From: Gammaproteobacteria bacterium
GTDB taxonomy: Bacteria; Pseudomonadota; Gammaproteobacteria; Eutrophobiales; Eutrophobiaceae
DNA: 64,000 nucleotides
Direction of reading: 5' to 3'
Assembly: GCA_965222155.1 (NCBI GenBank)
Contig: CBDCTH010000012.1
Coordinates: 2,144,001 to 2,208,000, forward strand
A program made the translations under genes and the position numbers. This document shows positions 48,843 through 59,211 of the stretch, piece after piece (within the stretch, counting starts at the first letter, position 1; each line of letters begins with the position of its first letter). The notes under the pieces are model-generated. The model ran no database searches. It worked only from the letters and a program-made list of their open reading frames with translations, and was not told the origin of the DNA.

Positions 48843-51341
48843 CTAAATCCCACCGTAGGTATAACTTATCGAACCGCCAATAGTAAGCGGGTTGGGTCGC
48901 AATCGAATACCACTGACGCCAAAGTTCTCCTGGGTTCCCGTATAGTATTTTTCATCTGTCAGGTTCTGCACGAAGCCTGTAATACTCCATTGTCCCCATT
49001 CAACACCGGCTCTCAGGTTCAGCAAATCATGATCCGGACTCCGGTACGGAAATTCATTAGGACCTGAATTATGAATAAGCGCGGCGTTGTTCGGTGAGGG
49101 TCCATTCAACTGGCGGTTCGTCACGCCTTCCATATCGGAATACTGCCCATCACGGTGGATATACTCCAATCGTACCCAGGCTTCATTATCCCCACTGATT
49201 GACCAGCGATATTCACCCACCAGGTTTGCAGTCAATTCCGGCGATTTAGGCAGCTCCAGTCCAAGCAATGACGGGCGCCATCCACCGGATAACTGCACTA
49301 TTGTGTCGCTGGTCACCTCGGTATCCAGGTAACCGAAGCCGCCTGAGATAGTCAGGCCGTCAGTCACCAGCGCGGCAAATTCCATTTCCACGCCGCTTGC
49401 CTCTGCGTCTTCAATACTGATAATCTGGTCGACGTTGGTTGACAAATCGCCCGGGGTCAGGAAGAAAAAGGATTCAAACTGCAGGTCGTCCCACTCAAGG
49501 TGGAACACTGCCGCATTCAAACGCAAGCGACCTTCCAGCAACTCCGACTTCAGCCCCAGTTCATAATTCCACAGGGTTTCGTTATCATATTTCGTTGCAA
49601 ACGCGGGAGCGCCACCCACATTCGTATTATTGCCGATGCTGCTGCCGCCGGGTTTGTAACCTTTAGACACCATGGCATAGACGTTCACTTCATCCGTGAT
49701 CTGAAAGCGGGCGCCAAAGCGTGGTGCAAAATCCGAAAAGTCTGAGCTAGCTCCCGCTACCGGACGTGGACTATTTGCAAAACTCTGAAAAAATGCAAAC
49801 CCGGGACCACCGGGAAACCCGGGACTCCCTGGAAAACAGCAAGTCGGTCCAATGCCATTGGCCGCCAACTCTCTCTCCACCTGGCTTCTGGTAAACCGGC
49901 CACCGGCGATGAGATCCAGACTTTCCGCCATGTGAAACGTTATATCACCGAATAGCGCCTGTTCTTCCACCTCATAACCTTTGCTGTTAAAGGCCAGACC
50001 CAGGTCTTCCGGGAACGGCGGCAGCCAGCCGACACCATTTAAAGTATGGGTTGCGTTTGTGGAAACAGCTACCAGGTTATTCTGATCCTGTTTATCTTTC
50101 GAGTACATCGCGCCAAGCGTCCAGTCTACGGAATCGCCTGAATAATCAAGTCGTAATTCAGCGCTCCATGAAGTACCTTCATAACTGTTGGTTCTATCTA
50201 TTGAATCTACACCTCCAACCAGGTCTTGATCGAACCAGCGATTATTATCCGCATCGATCACGCCGGTGATGGAAGTGAGTTTCAGATTATCGTTCAATTC
50301 ATGTTCGATATTGACGATGGCGATGAATGCCTCATTTTTATTATATTCGCCCAGGTCATGGCTGAGATAGCTCCTGTTATCCGGCCAGAATCCCGTCCCG
50401 GGATCGATCGCCTCTGATATTCCCAATGTGTCGATGGTGTCCACATCCAGAATACCCGAAGGGACGTTTTCGTCATGGCCTTGCTCGATATCGGTATAGC
50501 TCAGGTTAACACTGACGGTGGTATCATCCGAGACATCCCACACCGCCTTGATACGGCCGAAGAATTCTTCATAACCACTGTTCTTGGCGCCATTGGGTGT
50601 AAAATTATTTTCCACCGAACCGGGACATTCGGCAGCCGAAGCGCCGGTCGCGCAGGCATTTTTGACCCGGCCCCCGCTGTCTTCATACATAAAAACACCA
50701 CGCAGGCCAAAGTCATCGGATACAGGCGCATTGAAAACAGCAGTGACATTGCCCATCTCATTGGCATTTTCATAACTTTCACCACCGACTGTCAGCTTGA
50801 GACCAAATTCATCGGTCGGGTCGGCAGTCCTCAGGTTCAAAGCGCCGCCCACTGAGTTACGCCCGAAGAAAGTTCCCTGGGGGCCGCGCAACACCTCAAT
50901 ACTTTGCATATCCGGCAAGGCAGGATTTGACACTCCGCTAGGCACGGACGCAATACTGAAACCGTCCATGTAGATGCCTATGGAATTTATGCCGGTATTT
51001 TCAGCTGCGCCCGAGATCATATTACTGACGCCGCGAACGGCAATACCGATACCCTTGCTTCCCACCTGCCCGTCATCGGTAAACGCTACGTTTGGCGTTA
51101 ATGCCAGGTAGTCCCTGGCGGCCCGTATATTACCCTGCTCTACGGCGGCGCCGGTAAACGCAGTCACACTGACCGGCACATCCTGCAGGTTCTGTTCCCT
51201 GCGTTGTGCCGTTACAACAATTTCCTCCAGTGCGCTCTGGGAATAGACGGGTACTGCAATGGAAGCAGCCAGCACAGCAAATAAACATGTCTTTATTCTC
51301 ATCTGGACCCCCTTGGAAGGCTTAACGTGTCTTGTTCTCAT
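48843..51341 (-). CDS. TonB-dependent receptor
   Basis: LEEIVVTAQRREQ.LQDVP, IEVLRGPQGT.FGRN..GG, NYELGLKS, NLTDEKY. Confidence 0.93.
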   Translation of the reverse strand: MRTRHVKPSKGVQMRIKTCLFAVLAASIAVPVYSQSALEEIVVTAQRREQNLQDVPVSVTAFTGAAVEQGNIRAARDYLALTPNVAFTDDGQVGSKGIGIAVRGVSNMISGAAENTGINSIGIYMDGFSIASVPSGVSNPALPDMQSIEVLRGPQGTFFGRNSVGGALNLRTADPTDEFGLKLTVGGESYENANEMGNVTAVFNAPVSDDFGLRGVFMYEDSGGRVKNACATGASAAECPGSVENNFTPNGAKNSGYEEFFGRIKAVWDVSDDTTVSVNLSYTDIEQGHDENVPSGILDVDTIDTLGISEAIDPGTGFWPDNRSYLSHDLGEYNKNEAFIAIVNIEHELNDNLKLTSITGVIDADNNRWFDQDLVGGVDSIDRTNSYEGTSWSAELRLDYSGDSVDWTLGAMYSKDKQDQNNLVAVSTNATHTLNGVGWLPPFPEDLGLAFNSKGYEVEEQALFGDITFHMAESLDLIAGGRFTRSQVERELAANGIGPTCCFPGSPGFPGGPGFAFFQSFANSPRPVAGASSDFSDFAPRFGARFQITDEVNVYAMVSKGYKPGGSSIGNNTNVGGAPAFATKYDNETLWNYELGLKSELLEGRLRLNAAVFHLEWDDLQFESFFFLTPGDLSTNVDQIISIEDAEASGVEMEFAALVTDGLTISGGFGYLDTEVTSDTIVQLSGGWRPSLLGLELPKSPELTANLVGEYRWSISGDNEAWVRLEYIHRDGQYSDMEGVTNRQLNGPSPNNAALIHNSGPNEFPYRSPDHDLLNLRAGVEWGQWSITGFVQNLTDEKYYTGTQENFGVSGIRLRPNPLTIGGSISYTYGGI

Positions 51342-51573
51342 AATCTTGTCCTGTAAAATCAGATCGGGTGATAACTATTGATTAGTACTCATAAAATCCT
51401 TAGAATAGTTTAGGCTTGAATTATTTTTCTGTCAAGAAATTTTGTCAGAAATTTTGTCAGGCAATAACTGAACATTCGTATTTTAACCGGGACTCGGCAA
51501 ATTATGTCAAGAACAGGACACAATTACCTGATTTATTGTTGTATGAGTACAACCAGCAGTTAACTGAAGCAAG

Positions 51574-52323
51574 ATGCCTGATACCGGTAACAGTGACATC
51601 ATTCAGATAGAGAATCTGAATAAATGGTATGGCGAGTTCCACGTTCTGAAGGACATCAACCTCCGGGTCAGTACCGGTGAGAAGATCGTCATATGCGGAC
51701 CTTCCGGTTCGGGTAAATCCACTCTGATCCGGTGTATTAACGCGCTGGAAAACTATCAATCGGGCTCGTTGACCGTCCAAGGCGTGGCGTTGACCGACAA
51801 CAAAGATATCCGCGCAGTGCGTGAAGATATCGGCATGGTATTCCAGCAGTTTAATTTATTTCCTCATTTAACCGTTTTGGAAAATCTGGTCCTGGCCCCG
51901 GTCAGGGTACGGAAAACCAGCGAAAAAGAAGCGGAAGAACTGGCCATGTATTATTTGAATAAGGTAAAGATGCCGGAGTACACCCATAAATACCCGGCGC
52001 AATTGTCCGGTGGTCAGCAACAACGGGTGGCTATCGCACGGGCATTATGTATGAAGCCCAAAATCATGCTGTTCGATGAACCAACGTCTGCCCTGGACCC
52101 GGAAATGATCGGCGAGGTACTGGAAACCATGACGGGACTGGCCGCCTCCGGCATGACCATGTTATGCGTCACCCATGAAATGGGGTTCGCCCGGCAAGTG
52201 GCTAACCGGATTATTTTTATGGATGAGGGCCGGATTATAGAACAGGGTACCCCGGATAACTTTTTCAACAACCCCGCATCGGAGCGGCTTAAAGTATTCT
52301 TGAGCCAGATATTGCGCCATTAG
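51574..52323 (+). CDS. Polar amino acid ABC transporter ATP-binding protein (orphan)
   Basis: [35 protein letters not shown]. Confidence 0.92.
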   Translation: MPDTGNSDIIQIENLNKWYGEFHVLKDINLRVSTGEKIVICGPSGSGKSTLIRCINALENYQSGSLTVQGVALTDNKDIRAVREDIGMVFQQFNLFPHLTVLENLVLAPVRVRKTSEKEAEELAMYYLNKVKMPEYTHKYPAQLSGGQQQRVAIARALCMKPKIMLFDEPTSALDPEMIGEVLETMTGLAASGMTMLCVTHEMGFARQVANRIIFMDEGRIIEQGTPDNFFNNPASERLKVFLSQILRH

Positions 52324-52329
52324 ATTAGC

Positions 52330-53949
52330 TCATTTCGGGACTGCGCATTCAAAATTTTCATGTGCGTTGATACTGCCTGACCCAAGATAACGGGAAACCC
52401 GGGGATAGGCACACAACGGGCGCGATCGGTTGACACTTCCCTGCTCGATTCGGTAACCAGTAAGATCTTTTGGTATAACACCACCCTCCACCCAGTTAAT
52501 CAGCGGGGTCATCAAATCGAACCGGTCTATATTCACCCCGCCCGCACAATGGTGCATGCCCGGTATCAGGTAAAGCTGGAGAAACTTCGATACGTCAGCG
52601 CCGGACAGCGCGGCTACTTGTTCGAAATACTCGACAGTCGACAGGGGATTGATACCAAAATCAGCCCAGCCATGGTAAATGATCATTTTTCCTCCACGTT
52701 CGTGGAAAGGTCTGAGATCGGGATTTGTCGCGTTGAAAATTCGACCGGATTGCTCCGTTCGCACAAAGTCCCGTTCAGGATCCAGCGTTTTCCAATCCAG
52801 TTCACTGTCATCCGTTTCAAACGCGAAATGCCGGAACCAGGATTCAACAATCGACTGCTGTCCTAACCTGCCTTGACTGTCAGGGACTACGCGCCCTTCC
52901 CATGCCGATTGCGGTGCTATGGGCGTAAAGGTACCGTCAACATAGGCGAGACCCGGAAACTCCCCGCCAGTGACAATTCCGGGGTAGATTTCCGCATCTC
53001 CGATGTAGGTCGGCCCGTAGATAACAGACAACACCTTGATTTCATCATTGGTAAAACCCTGGCGTTCCGTACTCGCGCGCGGTAAATCCCGTTGCGGGTC
53101 GAAATCCACGGCGAGAGGATTGCCAATCACGCTATCCATTATACCATCGGTCTCATCGAACAACCTGAGGACAAGGTCGCCAAGCATCTTAAGCTTTTCC
53201 CGGGATAAAGGTGATTCAACTATCGCCTTCTGGTTCTTCCAATACTGCCAAATCATCTCCCTGAGACTGAAGACAGGCGCACCGGCCAGGATGCCGTCAA
53301 AGTCAGCAGGGAAACGTTGCGCTTCATTAAATCCCTGTAAGCCACCGGTTGAGCAACCGTCAAAATAGGAATAATCAGGACCTTTCCCGTAATGTGCCGT
53401 GGCAAGTTTTTTTACCGCTACGGCTGTCAGGTGGACTGCACGGAACCCGAAATCCATCTCTTTTTGAAGATTGTTGTATGCCCAACTACCACCGGGCTGT
53501 GACGCAGCGTCGTGGCCGGTGTTTGTAAACGCCAGCACGAATCCATGCCGGACTGCTCTCAGCCGAGCAAGGTGGCCGACCTCATCATCGAGCGATTCGC
53601 CTCCATAACCCCCATTGCCAGGCATGTAAAATCGACCATTCCAGCGGGTCGGCAGGTAAACAATATACTGAACTTCAGGACTGATGATTCCACGTACTAC
53701 GCACATCTCCGTCCCTGTTGATATCAGGACAGCAGATAAAACGCTGCTATCCGGGTCTGACAGGTTGATGAGAGCACGACAGGCTATCCGGGAATGTTGT
53801 GTTGCCGGTATCGTGTAATCAATACGGGATTCTCTTGCATCAAGGAAACTTGAGCCGTTTGCGGTAGGACTCGCCAATGCGGCAGGCGCAGTAAATACCG
53901 CTGTAAGCACTACCGTAGTAAACTGCCTGATAAGACTGTTGTGGAACAT
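52330..53949 (-). CDS. Tannase/feruloyl esterase family hydrolase, exported
   Basis: LP..WNGRF, GCSTGG, FDGILAGAP, YHGWAD, PGMHHCAGG, RPLCAYP. Confidence 0.92.
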   Translation of the reverse strand: MFHNSLIRQFTTVVLTAVFTAPAALASPTANGSSFLDARESRIDYTIPATQHSRIACRALINLSDPDSSVLSAVLISTGTEMCVVRGIISPEVQYIVYLPTRWNGRFYMPGNGGYGGESLDDEVGHLARLRAVRHGFVLAFTNTGHDAASQPGGSWAYNNLQKEMDFGFRAVHLTAVAVKKLATAHYGKGPDYSYFDGCSTGGLQGFNEAQRFPADFDGILAGAPVFSLREMIWQYWKNQKAIVESPLSREKLKMLGDLVLRLFDETDGIMDSVIGNPLAVDFDPQRDLPRASTERQGFTNDEIKVLSVIYGPTYIGDAEIYPGIVTGGEFPGLAYVDGTFTPIAPQSAWEGRVVPDSQGRLGQQSIVESWFRHFAFETDDSELDWKTLDPERDFVRTEQSGRIFNATNPDLRPFHERGGKMIIYHGWADFGINPLSTVEYFEQVAALSGADVSKFLQLYLIPGMHHCAGGVNIDRFDLMTPLINWVEGGVIPKDLTGYRIEQGSVNRSRPLCAYPRVSRYLGSGSINAHENFECAVPK

Positions 53950-54006
53950 TTTACGCTTCCGGCGAACCTGTTTGATGTCTGACTCAATTCAACTGCAAAG
54001 TGAAAC

Positions 54007-55317
54007 TTACAGTAATTTCCACTCCTTACCGCCTGGATATGCATAATCTTCCAGGCTTTTGGATCGTATCCGGATACTGTAACCCGGCGCCATTGGCACC
54101 GAATAACGCCCATTTCTTACCACGCAGGGATCTAAAAAATGCTCGTGTAGATGATCCACGTACTCTATTACACGGTTTTCCATTGTTCCGGAGATACGGA
54201 TAAAATCGAGCATGGAAAGGTGCTGCACATATTCGCACAGGCCAACCCCGCCTGCGTGGGGCCAAACGGGTATCCGGTATTTAGCCGCCAGCAGCAACAC
54301 TGCCAGTACTTCATTTACGCCCCCCAGACGGCAACTGTCCAATTGACAATAATCAATTGCCTGCGCCTGAAAGAATTGTTTAAACATGATCCTGTTATGA
54401 CAATGTTCACCCGTGGCAACCCCAATTGGTTTAACATTTTCTCGAATCTTCTTATGACCCAACACGTCATCCGGATTAGTCGGTTCTTCAATGAACAAAG
54501 GCCGAAAACACGACAATTTATTTACCCACTCAATAGCCTGATCAACGTCCCATATCTGGTTTGCATCAATCAGGATATGCATACCGTCACCAACGATCTC
54601 CCTGACAATAGTAAGCCTGCGCTGATCATCCGTAAGGTCTTTTCCCACCTTGAATTTCATGTATGTCCAGCCTTGGTCAACACATTTGCGACAAAGTGCG
54701 CGAAGCTTGTCATCATCATAGCCCAACCATCCGGCTGAAGTGGTATACGCGGGATAACCGTTCTGTAAAAGGAATGTTTCCCGGTCATCGCTCCCCTTAC
54801 TTCTTTCCTTCAGAAGACTCAACGCCTGTTCCGGCGTCAGCACATCCGTGATATACCGAAAATCAACACACGCTATTAATTGCTCAGGACTCATGTCAGC
54901 AAGCAGTTTCCACAAAGGCTTATTTTCTACCTTGGCCCAGAGATCCCATACAGCATTTACTATTGCCGCAGTACTCATATGTATGATGCCTTTTTCCGGT
55001 CCTAACCAACGCAGATGACTGTCTCCTGTTATGTACCGCCAAAATCCCGCCATATCATTTGCGATAGAGTCCAGTTTTTTCCCGACGACACGCGCTGATA
55101 ACAAATCGATTGCGGCGAGGCAGAGATCATTTCCGCGACCGATGGTAAACGTCATTCCACAGCCTTCCAGGCCGGCTTGATCGGTTTCCAAAACGACATA
55201 AGCCGCTGAATAATCCGGAGCGGAATTCATCGCATCAGAACCATCTGCGTAACGCGAAGTGGGGAATCTCAAATCTACGGTTCTGGCTCCAGTAATCCTG
55301 ATCGATAATTTTCCCAC
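54007..55317 (-). CDS. L-fuconate dehydratase (enolase superfamily)
   Basis: RFPTS...DGSDAMN..PDYSAAY, WLGPEKG, YPAYTTSAGWLGY, PHAGGVGLCE. Confidence 0.92.
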   Translation of the reverse strand: MGKLSIRITGARTVDLRFPTSRYADGSDAMNSAPDYSAAYVVLETDQAGLEGCGMTFTIGRGNDLCLAAIDLLSARVVGKKLDSIANDMAGFWRYITGDSHLRWLGPEKGIIHMSTAAIVNAVWDLWAKVENKPLWKLLADMSPEQLIACVDFRYITDVLTPEQALSLLKERSKGSDDRETFLLQNGYPAYTTSAGWLGYDDDKLRALCRKCVDQGWTYMKFKVGKDLTDDQRRLTIVREIVGDGMHILIDANQIWDVDQAIEWVNKLSCFRPLFIEEPTNPDDVLGHKKIRENVKPIGVATGEHCHNRIMFKQFFQAQAIDYCQLDSCRLGGVNEVLAVLLLAAKYRIPVWPHAGGVGLCEYVQHLSMLDFIRISGTMENRVIEYVDHLHEHFLDPCVVRNGRYSVPMAPGYSIRIRSKSLEDYAYPGGKEWKLL

Positions 55318-55339
55318 GGGAACCGGTAACCAGGTGATG

Positions 55340-56524
55340 TTAAATATAAGAACGTTGCGCCAGATTTTTCATTAATGCACTAATGCCGAACTTCCAATCA
55401 CTTACCTCATCCGTGTGCTGGACCTGATTTACTAACATACCAAGCCGGGATGATGAAATTCGAACGATATCACCGACCTTGTGGGTAAAGTCGTCAACCT
55501 CTCCATCTCGCCCATGATTAAATGATGACATTACACCTAACATCAATGCTACACCATCGGGATAACTATTGTACGGACCAATGCACTGCCCCACTATGTC
55601 AGTTATATCTCTGCGGATATTACTCATCGTATTTTTGTTCCGCATAATTTTTCCATCCAGCCCTTCCACTTCCAGCTGTACGTCCAGATTGCGCACATCA
55701 TCAAGCGTAAATGACTTATCCAGCAGTCGGATAAATGATCCCAACGCACAGGCAGCATTATTATCTTTGGCCTTACCCAGCAGCAATGCACTACGCCCTT
55801 CAATATCGCGATGATTTACATCATTACCGAGTGTTACTCCAACAACCAGTCCCTTACTGTTTATCAATAGAGTTATTTCTGACTCCGGGTTATTCCAGTC
55901 CGAGGTAGGCAACACTCCGATTTGCGACTCCGTTCCAACACTGGCGAGTGGAGATGCTTTAGTAAAGATTTCAGCATCGGGACCCAACCCGACTTCCAGA
56001 TATTGTGACCAAAGTTTTTTCTCCTTTAACAGTGCCAATAACTCCAGCGCCTGTTTGGAACCCGGTTTAACTGTATTGAAATCAGCACCCACCTTTTCCA
56101 ATAACTCTCTCCTGATGAGTAATGCCTTCTCTTTGTTGCCTTCCGCTCGCTCCTCGATAATTCGTTCGACCAGACTATCGTGAAATGTCACACCACATGC
56201 TTTTACCGGTTGCAGATCAATCGGCGAAATAAAATAGGGTTTACTGTAATCGCGCTCAGTTATGAGTGTATTCGCCGCTATTTCACCAAACGTTGCGATA
56301 AACATTCCACCTGTAACGGAATTAACTACATCTGCAGGATTGTCTTGATTAATAAGATCAGATATCGTAGGAATTCGTGCCGTCAGGTCATAAACTGCAC
56401 TCCCGGTGACCCGGACTACGGAAGGTCCTCCCGGGTTGTTTTCTTTACCCGGCAACCAGACCCGGCCAACCAGTCCCGCTTCTGCATGATCTTCAGGCAG
56501 CAGATTTGTTAAGTCATCCACCAA
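55340..56524 (-). CDS. Fumarylacetoacetate hydrolase family protein (XylX/2-keto-3-deoxy-pentonate dehydratase-like)
   Basis: KACGVTF, WSQYLEVGLGPDAEIFTK, WNNPE.E, GNDVN.RD.EGRSALLLGKAKDNN. Confidence 0.85.
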   Translation of the reverse strand: MVDDLTNLLPEDHAEAGLVGRVWLPGKENNPGGPSVVRVTGSAVYDLTARIPTISDLINQDNPADVVNSVTGGMFIATFGEIAANTLITERDYSKPYFISPIDLQPVKACGVTFHDSLVERIIEERAEGNKEKALLIRRELLEKVGADFNTVKPGSKQALELLALLKEKKLWSQYLEVGLGPDAEIFTKASPLASVGTESQIGVLPTSDWNNPESEITLLINSKGLVVGVTLGNDVNHRDIEGRSALLLGKAKDNNAACALGSFIRLLDKSFTLDDVRNLDVQLEVEGLDGKIMRNKNTMSNIRRDITDIVGQCIGPYNSYPDGVALMLGVMSSFNHGRDGEVDDFTHKVGDIVRISSSRLGMLVNQVQHTDEVSDWKFGISALMKNLAQRSYI

Positions 56525-56562
56525 ATGACCTTATTCCTCGCAACAAGGCTCTTTCTCTTTTC

Positions 56563-58935
56563 CTATTCCCAGGTATAAGTCGCTTTTAAACCGACCTGTC
56601 GAGGATGAGGCCTTACATTGACGCCATTCAGTCGAAATCCGTATCGTGCGCCGGTGAAATAATCTTCCTCGAGTACGTTATCAGCATAGGCAATTAAACG
56701 CCAGTTCTTGACCTGGACCCCCGCTCGAAGGTTCAGTACATCGTATGAAGGCACAACAAACGGGTATGTGTCTCCGTCGTTTTCGATAAAACCTAGAACA
56801 GCGGGATCGGTGATCCTGAAGAAATAACCGTCAAGGTTCGGAACGACCTCGTCACGATAAAACCATTCAAGTCGGATATAGCCCTCATAGCCCATGAGCG
56901 GAAATCGCTGCTCGCCATAAAAACTCGCGGTCCATTCGGCAGCCCCCGGGACCTGCTCCCCCGACAAGTCGACAGGACCTATGCCTTGCGGGCGCGCTAT
57001 TCCGGCAAAATCACCGAACGTCGCATCAGTAAACCCAATACCGCCCCCAATCGTCATGTTATCCCATGGTAAGGCAACAAACTCTATTTCTACTCCCTTC
57101 GAGGTAGCCTTTTTCGCGCTCCTGATAAATGTCGCGGTCTCAGTCATGTTGGTTACGGGGTTGACGACGAAAGCGGTATCGTCCACTTGCAGATTTTTCC
57201 AGTCCATGTAAAACAGTGCAGCGTTAACGCGCATCCGATTGTCAAACAGCGTGGCTTTTACACCAAGCTCGTAATTCCAAAGAGTTTCCTTGCCGAAAAA
57301 TGATGGTATGTATTGCCCACCGACTTGTGAGCCCTCGACCTGTGAGCCACCAGGCTTATATCCACGTGACACAGATAAGTAGGACTTTACACTATCCGAC
57401 CAGTCGACGGTGAGCGCAAAGCGTGGAGAAAAGTCATCGGTTTTCGCAGAATTGGCACAGGTAAACGGCACCTCTGCGCCGGGTGACAGGTTTTGTGCGC
57501 ATTGAGTAGTTTCGTTCTCAGAATAACGCCCACCTGCGGTCAGCGTGAAACTATCAGTTACATGCCAGTTTATATCACCGAAAAATGCAAAACTCTCAAC
57601 CTTGGTGGTTTGAAAAAACTGATTCAGTGTAGCCAGAGGCTGGAATATGAAGAATCGCTCCGTATCTGCCGTGATCAGGTTCCTTCGTTCCTGGTTTGAT
57701 TCGAAATAAAAGCCTCCCAATACCCAATCCAAACTCTTACCATTAGACGACAATCGGATCTCTTCGCTCCAGGCATCGGTAGTATCGTTATTTTTGCGAT
57801 TAACAAAATTGCCGTTCACGGCATCAAGATCGAAGCGTGCCTGGTTTTGACTATCCACATAGCCGGTAATGGATTCGATAGTAAACAAGTCTGTTTCGTA
57901 AGTGATGTGACCGCTGAAAATCAGCATATCATTCTCTATTGATTCCGTTTTTCGTTCACCGGCGCCAGCAGTAGATTTGTCAACCTTGTCATCGTTGTCC
58001 GGAAAGCATCCGAGACCGTCATCAATGGCGCCGTCAACACCCGCGGGAATCGGTGCGGGAAAACCCAGGATCCTGACCCCGTTATCCAGCGACAGGAGAG
58101 TTTGGCTGCTGCGCCCAAGTCTACACGTCGGCACCAGTGCAGCGAGGTCCTGTTCTTCGTCCGAGTAGGTGACTTTGGCCTGGATGCGCAGTTCATCCAT
58201 AGGCTCATAACGCGCACTGAACCGGTAGGTCTGGTTGAAACTCCCGCTATCTCCACCTACGGGATCGATGTTCTCGACAACGGCAGGCGTTTCTTCGATT
58301 GAAACGACACCGCGAACGAAGAGATCATCACTAACCGGTGCGTTATAAATTCCCGAAACCGCCCACTGTTCGTGATTACCCACCTCCGCATTCAACTCAC
58401 CCTGTCGCTTTTCATTGGGCGAACGCGTCAGGATATTCAATGCGCCTCCCGTCGCACTCAGGCCGAAGAAAGTGCCCTGAGGCCCCCGCAAAACTTCGAT
58501 CCGTTCGACATCGATGAGTTGTGGGTTAGCAGTTCCCTGCGAAACCGCGCCCAGACTCACTTCATCATAGTAATAACCAATGGCGCTCCCGCCTCCACGA
58601 TTCTCCAGTACGGAAATGTTGTTGACTCCACGAATCGCGATGGCGATGCTACGCTCTCCACGTTGACCTTCCTCTGAAAAAGTCACATTCGGGGTGATTG
58701 ACAGGTAGTCTTGAGCTTCTTTGATGTTCTGAGTATCAATTTCGATTCCCCTGGTGACCGAAACACTTATCGGAACATCATCAAGTGACTGCTGTCTCCG
58801 TTGGGCCGTGACAACAATCTCTTCAAGTATTTGTCGGGACTGGGCAAAAGTACTCGGCACAGCATAGAGCATTGAAATAACCAAAATGATGTTAAGCATT
58901 GTACGCATTGGACCCCCCCTATAACAAATACACAT
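56563..58935 (-). CDS. TonB-dependent receptor
   Basis: LEEIVVTAQRR, IEVLRGPQGT, NYELGVKA; same subfamily features as 48843-51341. Confidence 0.93.
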   Translation of the reverse strand: MCICYRGGPMRTMLNIILVISMLYAVPSTFAQSRQILEEIVVTAQRRQQSLDDVPISVSVTRGIEIDTQNIKEAQDYLSITPNVTFSEEGQRGERSIAIAIRGVNNISVLENRGGGSAIGYYYDEVSLGAVSQGTANPQLIDVERIEVLRGPQGTFFGLSATGGALNILTRSPNEKRQGELNAEVGNHEQWAVSGIYNAPVSDDLFVRGVVSIEETPAVVENIDPVGGDSGSFNQTYRFSARYEPMDELRIQAKVTYSDEEQDLAALVPTCRLGRSSQTLLSLDNGVRILGFPAPIPAGVDGAIDDGLGCFPDNDDKVDKSTAGAGERKTESIENDMLIFSGHITYETDLFTIESITGYVDSQNQARFDLDAVNGNFVNRKNNDTTDAWSEEIRLSSNGKSLDWVLGGFYFESNQERRNLITADTERFFIFQPLATLNQFFQTTKVESFAFFGDINWHVTDSFTLTAGGRYSENETTQCAQNLSPGAEVPFTCANSAKTDDFSPRFALTVDWSDSVKSYLSVSRGYKPGGSQVEGSQVGGQYIPSFFGKETLWNYELGVKATLFDNRMRVNAALFYMDWKNLQVDDTAFVVNPVTNMTETATFIRSAKKATSKGVEIEFVALPWDNMTIGGGIGFTDATFGDFAGIARPQGIGPVDLSGEQVPGAAEWTASFYGEQRFPLMGYEGYIRLEWFYRDEVVPNLDGYFFRITDPAVLGFIENDGDTYPFVVPSYDVLNLRAGVQVKNWRLIAYADNVLEEDYFTGARYGFRLNGVNVRPHPRQVGLKATYTWE

Positions 58936-59058
58936 TCTGATAAAAAATTAGTTTTCTATGACCAGTTTAGTCACGCTGCACTCTGTCGTCACAAGTAACG
59001 GAACGATTGATTATGTAACAGGAAGGTTGGTTGCAACTACCTCAACTGTATTGACACC

Positions 59059-59121
59059 GTTTCATATAGTGGAAAATGAATATAATATATGAAACAAGAT
59101 TAGTTCATATTGTAGATGAAA
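59059..59121. promoter_or_regulatory. Candidate repressor sites upstream of the TonB receptor operon
   Basis: Repeated TTCATAT / ATATGAA half sites (TTTCATATAGTGGAAA, TATATGAAAC, TTCATATTGTAGATGAA). Confidence 0.35.
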
Positions 59122-59154
59122 TCAATATTTTTGAAGTGGAGTAGTTCAGATTAA

Positions 59155-59184
59155 GACCAGGATGGACTTGTTCAGAGTTTCCCT
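59155..59184 (-). repeat. 30 bp dispersed repeat, second copy
   Basis: Reverse complement of 4877-4906. Confidence 0.7.
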
Positions 59185-59211
59185 GAATATCAATGTGGAG
59201 TTTAAATCTTT

